Shown here: in pieces, positions 56,801-64,000 of the stretch
How positions within the stretch are numbered: position 1 is the stretch's first letter
Layout of the letters: every line of letters begins with the position of its first letter
Virus record (IMG/VR): IMGVR_UViG_3300029258_002996
Strand: one strand, 5' to 3'
From: a virus
Length of the DNA stretch: 64,000 nt
Translations under genes and position numbers: made by a program
Notes under the pieces: generated by a model
Database searches by the model: none
The model's input: the letters and a program-made list of their open reading frames with translations, nothing else
Told to the model about the DNA's origin: nothing

Positions 56801-57709
56801 ATCGGAAGGAGTATCGTCGAAAACGAAACCTTGGTTCTCGTAGACACTGCTACCACCCGCAATCAGTACAGCGTCCCCGTTCACGGGAGCAGTGAACGAC
56901 CAGGAATTACCCGTAGCGTCGTAAACACCGAAACTGAACTCCTCCCCAGCGAAAGAGCCCGCAGCTCCGGAATCGATGACGAGTACCCGGGTTCCATCGG
57001 GCGGCTCCCCACCGGAGTTAGCAACGATGACGACCCAAGCGGAGCCGCTCCACTCCACGATGTCTCCGTCAGTCTCGTTCAGCCAGTTGTTGACCAACCA
57101 AGCCTCGCCGGTTTCCCCTGCGGTAGGATCTGCACCTGACTGATCAGCGTCACTCTTGATCTTCAAGACATCAACCGGATCCTTCCAGGTCAGTCCGTTA
57201 ATAGCGTTGTCGAGCTGGTTCTTGTTGACCGCATCGGTTCCGTCTGTACCAGCCGCCACATTGATGATCTTGTTAGACCCGAGATCCAGGTTGCAGCCAG
57301 AGATCTGCACAACACCCTTGTTTACGTGGGAAGTCGATTGCAGAACCAGATCATCCGAATCTCCAGTACCTCCGATGAGAGTCTGGCCACCCGCGCGACC
57401 GGCGAGCTTCGCATAATCCGTCAGATCCGGCATCATGTTCTCGTTCAATAGTCCGCTTCCGTCGAGCTTCACCGGACTATCGGCAGTCGAGGTCGTGACA
57501 AAGTCCGAGTCGCTGTAGACATCCGTCCATGCACCGTCACGTCTCAGACGAATTCGATCATTCGTAGTGTCGTAGTATTGAATGCCGTCTGATAATGACC
57601 AGCCAGCATCCGTGACAATTGCGGTTTCCGCCGCAGAGTCACTGCCCGAGTTCGCGTACCGCCCCATAAACACATGCTGGTTATAGGGGGCTGTGGTTAC
57701 TAGTGCCAT
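53834..57709 (-). CDS. 1291-aa fibre protein with YadA-stalk-like motif and beta repeats
   Basis: KIINVAAGTDGTDAVNKNQL, repeated SAGTG...NA.AGG and INEFSIDGTM...DAVPTEKAV. Confidence 0.75.
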   Translation of the reverse strand: MALVTTAPYNQHVFMGRYANSGSDSAAETAIVTDAGWSLSDGIQYYDTTNDRIRLRRDGAWTDVYSDSDFVTTSTADSPVKLDGSGLLNENMMPDLTDYAKLAGRAGGQTLIGGTGDSDDLVLQSTSHVNKGVVQISGCNLDLGSNKIINVAAGTDGTDAVNKNQLDNAINGLTWKDPVDVLKIKSDADQSGADPTAGETGEAWLVNNWLNETDGDIVEWSGSAWVVIVANSGGEPPDGTRVLVIDSGAAGSFAGEEFSFGVYDATGNSWSFTAPVNGDAVLIAGGSSVYENQGFVFDDTPSDAWVQFAGSTLYTGGTGIDITGSVVSIDDWSLDAAYDNLGSGAGRVITVDSGAVEFTGSNASDYTVEVTNSANGGALFVNNSGSGNTIDLQDSGSSVFTISGAAALTTTSLASANFTTSGTFEVNASTNFSIEGATSSDVTVAGSGQTLTLEASGGGANQVIVQSAGTGTEAANPAIYLNATAGGVNISAALASSFTVASGDLTLEATSGDVDIISAASNIDFILGSTSIAAVTDEKSGTYSGENVVDVKSYMVSDWATDETLPLLEIIQTPTSAPVSQKMINLEAAGSNWSADFSQAIVYGKAPNGVAVLQIADTSGKLETSVGTITGATSSIQGVAFDRDDVTVQNGVIWTIGGVSGANIEFMIVNVDDDALETNQDSRLDILATESVLPVLCLVNYNSTEARAGFGNDNPVCTIDMSPGTGSALTHSNIDMRVNYKTEWDDEVYHDDRAYFADGAAGTPSIAFHGDTGTNTGLYLPAQGTVGVSADGSLIASFAAAEIDFSNITAFDVNASGAITLDGGASSNLTVTEDTADTDVTLTLKSENNGTPSGATNHSTLALVSYGAATDADAEGWITFDDQALQDATNWANPMKVSEYNASNEWDALYTALGNTEMTLVAAITYAITTGTNLWQVVANQLTPIATYSTVGLDINATGTNAITLDAQEDSNFTVTGSAKTLTLEAAGGSTNQVILQSAGTGVNALYLNASAGGVDIDASGGVTVDAGGAVSIAAASASDFTVSNSANLTLAVTGGSVQQLILNSAGTGNIDTTPAMDINATAGGIDIDAAGKSAFTVTGADLKLETVTSGTVDINSAASVTIDATDVTIDATNSLSFDAAADSNYTLTQATTDTGLTLTLFVDNNGSGASDSTLILRADESGSGTASIAHTINGTTEGTWTSSGLALKAGTSINEFSIDGTMAGNSDDAVPTEKAVVTYVGSYAPQVHTNAGNPEGVVTGAVGDICVDTTNTIVYIKASGAGNTGWSVAA

Positions 57710-57743
57710 TTCTAGTTCCTCCTTGTTTCAAAATCCTCGGTTT

Positions 57744-58196
57744 TTAAACGACACGCCATGCAGTCGCGCCGTCTTCGTTTGCGTACATGATGAAATTAGC
57801 GGTGTCCCAGTAATGTTGTCCAAGGACACCGGAAACAGATCCGTTTGGGTTACCGGATCCTGTCAAAGTCGCGATGCCAATTCCAAGAGTAATCGTAGTT
57901 CCGGCGTCATCCGTATACTTGAGATCAAATCCAGGCCCACCTGAGTTATCCACCCAAACACAAGGATCTCCCGGAGACGCTGGATTCGAAGCACGCCCAA
58001 TCGGGTCGAACTGGACTCCGCCGACGTTCTGGATCGGCTCGTTGTCGAGGTTCACCTTCTGCTGGAGGGCCATCACTGCGGAAGCCAGTGAGTTCGGATG
58101 ATTGGCGATCACTTCATCGACATTGTCGATCAAGGCGGTGGTAAAATCATCGAGAGCAGTTGGGTAACTACTCGGATACGGCCAGTTCGTCGTCAA
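57744..58196 (-). CDS. Small fibre/decoration protein
   Basis: YPTALD N-terminus. C-terminal GNPNGSVSG..G..Y.DT motif shared with the 1291-aa protein. Confidence 0.65.
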   Translation of the reverse strand: MTTNWPYPSSYPTALDDFTTALIDNVDEVIANHPNSLASAVMALQQKVNLDNEPIQNVGGVQFDPIGRASNPASPGDPCVWVDNSGGPGFDLKYTDDAGTTITLGIGIATLTGSGNPNGSVSGVLGQHYWDTANFIMYANEDGATAWRVV

Positions 58197-58215
58197 AACT
58201 CAACTCCACGACGAT

Positions 58216-58246
58216 ACTATAAGCGATAAATTGTCGGATTATTAAA
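58216..58246 (-). promoter_or_regulatory. Putative late promoter (motif copy, fibre operon)
   Basis: TTTAATAATCCG-N13-TATAGT. Confidence 0.55.
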
Positions 58247-58255
58247 AACGGATCG

Positions 58256-59029
58256 CTAGTAGGCGAGATTTCCGATATCCAACTTGTCGTAGAACTTGGT
58301 CTCTCGGATATTCTGGTGGAAGTACTTTCCTTTGGAATCCGCCGCCAGGAAGTTTGAAAACTCTTCGGGGGAAACATTAAAATATCGGTACAAAGTTCGA
58401 GGGGTGGTTCTCTTGGCGGTGAAGGCGACGTAGAGCATCTCGTCCTCTTCGTCGTACCCAATCGCTTCGATATTCGAGCTTTCCACCGGATGCATCACCG
58501 GCATCTCCCCCTCATCGGGAAGCTCGAAACCTTCGAAAATTGCATACTCTCCCGCTTCTTCTTCCGGAACTACCTGAGAAAGATCTTCTTCGACTTCCTG
58601 CTCGGGCGGAAACCCGGGAGGAGGGGGAGTAATCTCCTCTTCCATCGGAGTCGGCTCTGAGACACCGTACTGATCCTCCACATATTCTTCGGCGGCATCG
58701 TCACCCCAACCAGTCCATTCCTTGACCTTGGTTTTCAAATCATCCCACCATCCGGCTTCGAGATGTCGGGCCGCGCCGACAATCCGATCTTCGATCTCTT
58801 GCTCGGAAGGAGAGAGTCCGCCAAGTCGCTGACCCGTGCGGGTGTGGATCCCCAGCTCGACCAAGGCCATCGTGAAGGGATAGTGCTCCTCCGGAGGTAA
58901 CTGAGCAAGGAGATCATCGTAGTGCTGTTGCCGCAGAATACGCTCGTAACCTGCTGACAGCTTGGCGGATTCAATCGCTTCGTCCAGCGTGATCATCCCC
59001 ATTTTCCTCTTCGAAAACACAGGATTCAT
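58256..59029 (-). CDS. KTSC-domain protein (true start probably ~10 codons downstream)
   Basis: PVESSNIEAIGYD...LYVAF...YRYFNV...FLAADSKGKYFHQNIR. Confidence 0.85.
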   Translation of the reverse strand: MNPVFSKRKMGMITLDEAIESAKLSAGYERILRQQHYDDLLAQLPPEEHYPFTMALVELGIHTRTGQRLGGLSPSEQEIEDRIVGAARHLEAGWWDDLKTKVKEWTGWGDDAAEEYVEDQYGVSEPTPMEEEITPPPPGFPPEQEVEEDLSQVVPEEEAGEYAIFEGFELPDEGEMPVMHPVESSNIEAIGYDEEDEMLYVAFTAKRTTPRTLYRYFNVSPEEFSNFLAADSKGKYFHQNIRETKFYDKLDIGNLAY

Positions 59030-59159
59030 ACCACTCTCCGCAAAGTTCTCTCCTGCAAAAATCTTGACGTTTGTTATAGCACGAAGGAGCTTGGCTTTTT
59101 TTAATCAGATCAACCTTTTTGTCTATCTTGATCTGCTCCACCGGTTTCCGCTTGGCCAT
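58971..59159 (-). CDS. Small Cys-rich hypothetical protein
   Basis: Starts 3 nt after the terminase stop and contains four Cys. Confidence 0.5.
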   Translation of the reverse strand: MAKRKPVEQIKIDKKVDLIKKSQAPSCYNKRQDFCRRELCGEWYESCVFEEENGDDHAGRSD

Positions 59160-59162
59160 CGA

Positions 59163-61433
59163 TCAATACGTGCGCCCGGCTCGAAAAATGGTTCCGATTG
59201 AGTTAGTATCCGTTGCGGTCTGACGCTTCCGGACAGATCGCCGTTTTTTCTGATTCGCCATCTCGTCGACAATGCTGTCCTGAACCAAATGGTGCGCGCC
59301 GATATAGCAACGAGCGAGATCATCCGAGTCGCGACCACGGATTTTCCCCTTGTTCGGATTGTGGAACTTCCGCAAATCGGGCGTTCGGTTCAGCTTGAGC
59401 AATTCCACCAAAGCCACTGATTGGCCTTGCATCTGTTCCTGCGGCGTACCGATCACTAAGCTCCCTTTGTCGGAAACCCCCACCATGTCCCCCTGATGCG
59501 GGGAGAGGAGAGAGACTCGGCCATTGTAGGTCATCTTGAGAAACCCCATGAAGTGCTCGGGGCGCAGCATGGTTTTCGTAGCCATCACACCCATCGTCCT
59601 GATCTGTTGAATCGAAGAGTCGCTGTTCCAACGGTCAAATGAGATAGCGGCAATTCGGATCCGCTTTCGCAGCTCCTCGATGATTGATACAATCGAATCG
59701 TACCAAACATCGCGTTCGACAGTAGGGACAATTCGAATCGCAAAATCGATCACAGTGCAGAGCATTTCACCTTGGTGATCATACGGAGAGTTCGACGGTG
59801 TCGGCTTGAAATATTCAAGCATCCGTCGACGATTCGCTTGCGCCTCCCGGATCATGGGGCCATCAGCGGCGACCGGCAAGTCCGCCCCCAGATAGGAGCC
59901 CATGTCCTCGGCGAACACCACGTCGAGATCGGTAACCGGATTGATCCGACCGCGAGCCGGAGGCTTCCTCCGAGGCTTCTCAGGACGCTCGGTATCGCCG
60001 TCTTCCCCCTCCCCGTCCTCATCTTCGTACAAGTCGAGATCCTCGGCTCGTACCCACTCTGGATGCGCGCAGACGAGCCCGAAGGCGTCCCAGGAAGTCC
60101 CTGCATCGCCGAATAGGTAGTAGGTGTTGACCTGATCGAGATCGCAACGGCTGAGCGCCAGCCCGACGTAGGATTTTCCGGTTTTGTCCGTCAGGTGGAT
60201 CTCCTCGAACTCGGCAATGGGTTTTCGATCCCAATCAATGCTCTTCCAGAACCGAAGGGGGTCGTCCACATAGGGCATTTCGGCGTTTGGAGGATCCGCG
60301 CCGTAGTCCCGCTGAGCGCCGATGGGGTCTTTTTCGTACTCTTCGTCGAAAATGTGCCGAGGCATCTGAGGGTTGAACTCCCACGTCGGGCCTTTCCAAC
60401 CGTAAACCCTCTTCAGCTCCCCCGCCTCCGCCTTGTTGTACAGAGCCATCGCAGGGTCATCCTGAGCCAGCGGAGAAGTCACGTTCATCATCAAGCCGAG
60501 AAATGTCGGCAGATTGTGAAGCTCACGAGCCGCCCTGACAGTCTTGAGACTTTGGTTGAGCACACGGTAAAGCTCCAGAGCAGAGCGCGTACCCTCCGTA
60601 TCGATCAGTCGCGCCCATTCGTCGATTGAGCCCATGATCCTGGTTTTGCCAGCGATACCGGCAGAATCCGAAGCAATTCGGTTGTACCGAACCTGAGCAT
60701 GCCCATCGAGGATGGCATCGTCGTGCAGACGGTAGCGCCATTTGTCGTAGCCGGATCCGACCTGCTCCTCCTCGCGCTCCTTGATCCATTTGGTATAGCG
60801 TCGAACCCACGGAGAATTGTTCCGCATCTCGCGGTATTTCGCGTAAATCGTCTGCTGCGCCTGGGTGGCGGTACTGGCGGCAAAAGTTACTTCGAACCAC
60901 TCGGAACGCTCCTGCTTGAGCATCCGTTGCAGGTAGCCTTTTCCGCGCACCGAACGGGTGCTCAAGAAATGCTCGATGTACCCCCCGATATGGGCTCCAG
61001 TGAAGCTCTTGCCCGAGCGCATCCCGGCGATAATAATCCCCTCGTTGTAGGGGGTTAAGACGCCGTCCGCTACGAATTCCTCCTGGGAAATTTTACACTT
61101 CGGACAGATGAACGCCTGAAATTCCTCACTCCAAGTGAACAACACTTCGGATTCGAGCTGCATACGACTCTTGCCCCAACAGTCGATATCCTCGGGCTTG
61201 TTCGAATTGCAGATTGGACATCTGATTGCGAAAATGTCGCGAAGAACTTGATATTGACGGGAATGCTCAAAAGTAGAAGCCACGTTCCAGTAATCAATCC
61301 CCGTCACCCACTCGATGATATTTGGAGCAGGTCGACTCAGAAACTCGGCTTCTTTATCCAATCTTTCTTCGAAGCTTTTATCTCCGAGTTCGGAATCGAT
61401 TTTTTCGTTAAGTCGATCTATGAAGTTGCCCAT
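59163..61433 (-). CDS. terL: Terminase large subunit
   Basis: Walker A GMRSGKS, Walker B GSIDEW, motif III TSP, and nuclease FGDAG...D, SFDRWNS and DDLA. Confidence 0.93.
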   Translation of the reverse strand: MGNFIDRLNEKIDSELGDKSFEERLDKEAEFLSRPAPNIIEWVTGIDYWNVASTFEHSRQYQVLRDIFAIRCPICNSNKPEDIDCWGKSRMQLESEVLFTWSEEFQAFICPKCKISQEEFVADGVLTPYNEGIIIAGMRSGKSFTGAHIGGYIEHFLSTRSVRGKGYLQRMLKQERSEWFEVTFAASTATQAQQTIYAKYREMRNNSPWVRRYTKWIKEREEEQVGSGYDKWRYRLHDDAILDGHAQVRYNRIASDSAGIAGKTRIMGSIDEWARLIDTEGTRSALELYRVLNQSLKTVRAARELHNLPTFLGLMMNVTSPLAQDDPAMALYNKAEAGELKRVYGWKGPTWEFNPQMPRHIFDEEYEKDPIGAQRDYGADPPNAEMPYVDDPLRFWKSIDWDRKPIAEFEEIHLTDKTGKSYVGLALSRCDLDQVNTYYLFGDAGTSWDAFGLVCAHPEWVRAEDLDLYEDEDGEGEDGDTERPEKPRRKPPARGRINPVTDLDVVFAEDMGSYLGADLPVAADGPMIREAQANRRRMLEYFKPTPSNSPYDHQGEMLCTVIDFAIRIVPTVERDVWYDSIVSIIEELRKRIRIAAISFDRWNSDSSIQQIRTMGVMATKTMLRPEHFMGFLKMTYNGRVSLLSPHQGDMVGVSDKGSLVIGTPQEQMQGQSVALVELLKLNRTPDLRKFHNPNKGKIRGRDSDDLARCYIGAHHLVQDSIVDEMANQKKRRSVRKRQTATDTNSIGTIFRAGRTY

Positions 61434-61437
61434 CGCG

Positions 61438-61725
61438 CTACTTCACCGGTTCGAGATAAAAGTTGTTCACGAGAATCTTGGACCCGGAAATCGTGATTTT
61501 CAGAGGGGACAAATCTGCGGGAACTCGATACGGAAGCCCATCCGCGTAGAAAACGCGACCCGGCACTTTCTTTACTTGAGTTGTCGAAACCGTCAACATG
61601 GCCACTGGAAGCGGCTCCCCCGGGACGAACTCCACACCGCTTTGCAAAACCACCCGAGCAATCGGAATGTTCTTCTCGCTTCGCAGTACGTGGTCTTTTC
61701 CGAAGGTTTTTGGGATAGCGCTCAC
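61438..61725 (-). CDS. Hypothetical protein
   Basis: GTGA overlap with the upstream gene and ends 4 nt before terL. Confidence 0.65.
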   Translation of the reverse strand: MSAIPKTFGKDHVLRSEKNIPIARVVLQSGVEFVPGEPLPVAMLTVSTTQVKKVPGRVFYADGLPYRVPADLSPLKITISGSKILVNNFYLEPVK

Positions 61726-62555
61726 TTGATACCGTACTTTTTCATGACGTTCATCACGACCTGCGGAACCACCGTTTTCAGATCGTTGCCAACCCGAGTT
61801 CGAACCAGCTCAGACATCTGGTCGGCCAACCGCGATCCGGGAATTTCCCGATTGAGAGTCGCGTGAATCTCCACGGCAACCTCCGCAATCCGCAATAGAA
61901 CCGCCTCCACGATCTTCTCAACCACTTCCTCCATCGCGGCCCCCACAATCTTAGCACCCTTTTGCGTCTGGACGTGTTCTTTCTTGAGCTTGATCAGATT
62001 TCCAACGAGCTTTTGGAACGTGGCAATCTCCTCCAGCGTCAGAACAGAGTCCTTGTTTCCCTCTTCCGACTCCTCGCGCTCTTTCTGCTTCAGCCGATCA
62101 TCGAATTCAGTCAACCGACGTTCCACGGCAATGATCAGCTCCTGGCTGCGCCGATGGTCCCCGAGTTCGGTATGACGCCGAAGAATCTGCTCGTCGGTTT
62201 CCAGATGCACCAAACGAGCACTACGACCCGGAACGCTCTTTTTCCTCATGCTCGGGACGAACAGATCTTCGATAGTTCCACGGAACTCCAGCACGCGCTT
62301 CAGGTCCTCCCTGTCTCGTATGTGTCGACCAAAGTGAGTATAGATGTTCGGATTGGTGATGTTCCTGAGCTGCTCTTTCTCGGGCAAGCTGTAGTTGATT
62401 GCTCGGATCCTGCTATTCATCCATTCACGCACCTCCGAGGTTTTGTGCTTCTTCTCCAAGATTCTATAGTGGAAATCGGCCCACGCCTCCCGGTCGTACC
62501 GAATGAGTCGGCAGATCTTGCAAACAGGAATCAATATGCCAGGCGCGTCCGACAT
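61722..62555 (-). CDS. Putative terminase small subunit/DNA-binding protein
   Basis: CKIC...H...H N-terminus plus helical oligomerisation-like region, upstream of terL. Confidence 0.5.
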   Translation of the reverse strand: MSDAPGILIPVCKICRLIRYDREAWADFHYRILEKKHKTSEVREWMNSRIRAINYSLPEKEQLRNITNPNIYTHFGRHIRDREDLKRVLEFRGTIEDLFVPSMRKKSVPGRSARLVHLETDEQILRRHTELGDHRRSQELIIAVERRLTEFDDRLKQKEREESEEGNKDSVLTLEEIATFQKLVGNLIKLKKEHVQTQKGAKIVGAAMEEVVEKIVEAVLLRIAEVAVEIHATLNREIPGSRLADQMSELVRTRVGNDLKTVVPQVVMNVMKKYGIK

Positions 62556-62582
62556 TGCACTGCTATACTACCAAATTGGGTT

Positions 62583-63137
62583 CTAAAAAGACGCGCTCCC
62601 GGAATTTTTTTGATTTTCGTTGTTATTTTGGGTAGATGTGCCCCGAACAACACGCTCCGCCGCTCGCCGGGCGGCGCGATCTATCATATTTTCAATCTGT
62701 TGGGGCTCTGTTTCGATTTTATCCATTTTGACTTGAATTCTGGAAATGGAAGTATCGTGGGCTTCCAGCTTGAACGCCATGCCAGCCAGGTACCACACAA
62801 AACCCACCCCAGTCGTGATCAAGAACAGAATCAATCCGGCAAGGATTCGGATAGACCATTGATAGGATTTTTTGATCTCTCTCGCATTCCCCTCGGCGAG
62901 CTTCGTCGCCGTCTCGACCGAGGCTACAATCTTGCTCAACTCCCCCTCCTTCAAGCACTGATGCCCCTTATCCAACTCCTCCTCCAGATCTTTGAGCTTC
63001 TCATCCACGCGCTTGAACTCCGCTTGCATTACGGGATCGTCGGCCTTCTTCTTCCACAAGTTCCTGAGCTGCTCGCGAGTGTCCTTGCGAAACAATTCGG
63101 ACACAGACATTGAGGGAGGGTCGCTGTCGTGGGCCAT
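62583..63137 (-). CDS. Single-TM coiled-coil membrane protein
   Basis: ILAGLILFLITTGVGFVWYL flanked by coiled coils. Confidence 0.65.
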   Translation of the reverse strand: MAHDSDPPSMSVSELFRKDTREQLRNLWKKKADDPVMQAEFKRVDEKLKDLEEELDKGHQCLKEGELSKIVASVETATKLAEGNAREIKKSYQWSIRILAGLILFLITTGVGFVWYLAGMAFKLEAHDTSISRIQVKMDKIETEPQQIENMIDRAARRAAERVVRGTSTQNNNENQKNSGSASF

Positions 63138-63177
63138 TTACAAAACCTCGCCAGAGTGTTCTTGCCATTATCCTACC

Positions 63178-63208
63178 AAGCTACCACCAAAAATGTCGGA
63201 AAATTTAA
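63178..63208 (-). promoter_or_regulatory. Putative late promoter (motif copy, terminase operon)
   Basis: TTAAATTTTCCG-N13-TAGCTT, with TGG before the -10. Confidence 0.55.
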
Positions 63209-63239
63209 GATCTATCGACAGCCCCTTGTCTCGCGTACC

Positions 63240-63277
63240 CGCGCTACGCGCGAACAACGCACGCGCGCTACGCGCGC
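63240..63277 (-). repeat. Two CGCGC-GTA-GCGCG mini-hairpins
   Basis: Direct repeat cgcgctacgcgcg at 63240-63252 and 63264-63276. Confidence 0.8.
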
Positions 63278-63479
63278 AAACTTGTCAATTTTTTCGCGAA
63301 TCTTTGTCTTATAAATTCGTTTGATCTTTGTCTAATATATTTCGTAATTTGGTACTTTTTGATCAATTATTATGGATGTTTGAACAAAGACTCACAGAGA
63401 TTTGTTAAATCTTGTCAATAAATTATAAGAAAAAGCCTTAGAGAGTTAAATTAAAAGAAACAGAGGATTTAGAATAAAA

Positions 63480-63539
63480 AAAGAATCAACGGTATGAGCA
63501 TTACGAGGTACGAGTAATGCGAAATGCCGTTGATTCTTT
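63480..63539 (+). repeat. 60-nt imperfect inverted repeat with GA/GA internal loops and GTA triloop
   Basis: AAAGAATCAACGG/CCGTTGATTCTTT outer arms and GCATTAC/GTAATGC inner arms. Confidence 0.85.
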
Positions 63540-63558
63540 AAGGGATTTTTTTCACGCC

Positions 63559-63600
63559 GAATTCAAACCCGGATTTAACCGGATTCAAACAAATTTAAAC
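63559..63600. repeat. Four degenerate 10-bp direct repeats
   Basis: GAATTCAAAC, GGATTTAACC, GGATTCAAAC, AAATTTAAAC. Confidence 0.5.
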
Positions 63601-63671
63601 AGGACAAACCCTACCTCATAATTAGATTTTTCGTAGAAAATAAATTGCGCCGCCGTATCGTATACCGATAT

Positions 63672-63845
63672 TTAGTCGGGATCCTGGGATTGGGGGTTGT
63701 TCTTCGAGGATTCTTGCTCAACCTCAGATAGGTATTCCAGGACTTTCTCCAGGTGCAAAGAGATTTGCACCTTGCATCCCCCCGAGAGGATCTCGTCGAT
63801 GGCTTCGTAGATTAGAGCTTTGGCTTTTTTGAGCTTAGCCGTCAC
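63672..63845 (-). CDS. 57-aa hypothetical protein (MTAKLKKAKALIYEAIDEIL...)
   Basis: GTG start overlapping the upstream ORF end. Read manually. Confidence 0.5.
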   Translation of the reverse strand: MTAKLKKAKALIYEAIDEILSGGCKVQISLHLEKVLEYLSEVEQESSKNNPQSQDPD

Positions 63846-64000
63846 TTTCGATCACAGGGTCCACTCCGTAGAACAGCTTCTCCTGCATCCAGACCTCGAC
63901 GTACTCGATGGCATCCGACACGATAATGTTGCCATCATCGTCGAAGCAATCTTCCGGGATCTGGATAAACTCCTCGCACCGGGTCGTCTGAAGCTTTACG
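63835..64000 (-). CDS. Hypothetical protein, 5' truncated (...EVWMQEKLFYGVDPVIESDG)
   Basis: Open frame from the window edge to TAA at 63835. Confidence 0.5.
   Translation of the reverse strand, partial: VKLQTTRCEEFIQIPEDCFDDDGNIIVSDAIEYVEVWMQEKLFYGVDPVIESDG

Larger units (their letters stand above)
1..64000 (-). mobile_element. Large myovirus (phage or prophage) morphogenesis region
   Basis: Tightly packed co-oriented genes including terminase, portal, protease, capsid, sheath, tube and baseplate. No host housekeeping genes or integrase are seen. Confidence 0.95.

Noticed and set aside
59163-61433. Intein in terL
   Set aside because: No C/S...HN splice junctions or LAGLIDADG motifs. The inserts are short and low in complexity.
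63281-63420. TTGACA hexamers (minus strand, near 63288 and 63418) as sigma70 promoters
   Set aside because: No acceptable -10 box at 16-18 nt spacing.
1-64000. Stop-codon reassignment or tRNA genes
   Set aside because: Genes are full length and tightly coupled under the standard code, using all three stops. No cloverleaf was found by eye in the few intergenic gaps.

Overview
This window is the nearly complete virion-morphogenesis region of a large contractile-tailed phage (myovirus), encoded entirely on the minus strand. Read right to left it contains a putative small terminase, the large terminase, a block of about 10 kb of fibre-like genes, portal, Mu-gpF-like head protein, prohead protease, scaffold, decoration protein and major capsid. 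It continues with a holin/spanin-like cluster, neck proteins, sheath, two tube paralogues, a tail chaperone with a -1 programmed frameshift, three tandem tape-measure paralogues, baseplate and a beta-helix tail fibre. It ends with a Myxococcota-style Cys-rich lipoprotein and a double-ParB protein, each behind its own promoter. The most unusual signals are: (1) three paralogous tape-measure genes whose motif-to-motif spacing is almost identical (326/331/326 aa), suggesting a heteromeric ruler; (2) an IscB-type PLMP/RRXRR domain fused in frame to the gene after the capsid, preceded by a densely structured ~135-nt spacer and followed by an internal Shine-Dalgarno and ATG; (3) a five-copy non-canonical promoter motif ahead of the structural operons; (4) an AT-rich non-coding region flanked by GNA-triloop DNA hairpins on opposite strands; (5) a shared N-terminal peptide on three unrelated small proteins, one of them a GNAT. 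All functional calls come from motifs read by eye and from gene order; no searches were run.
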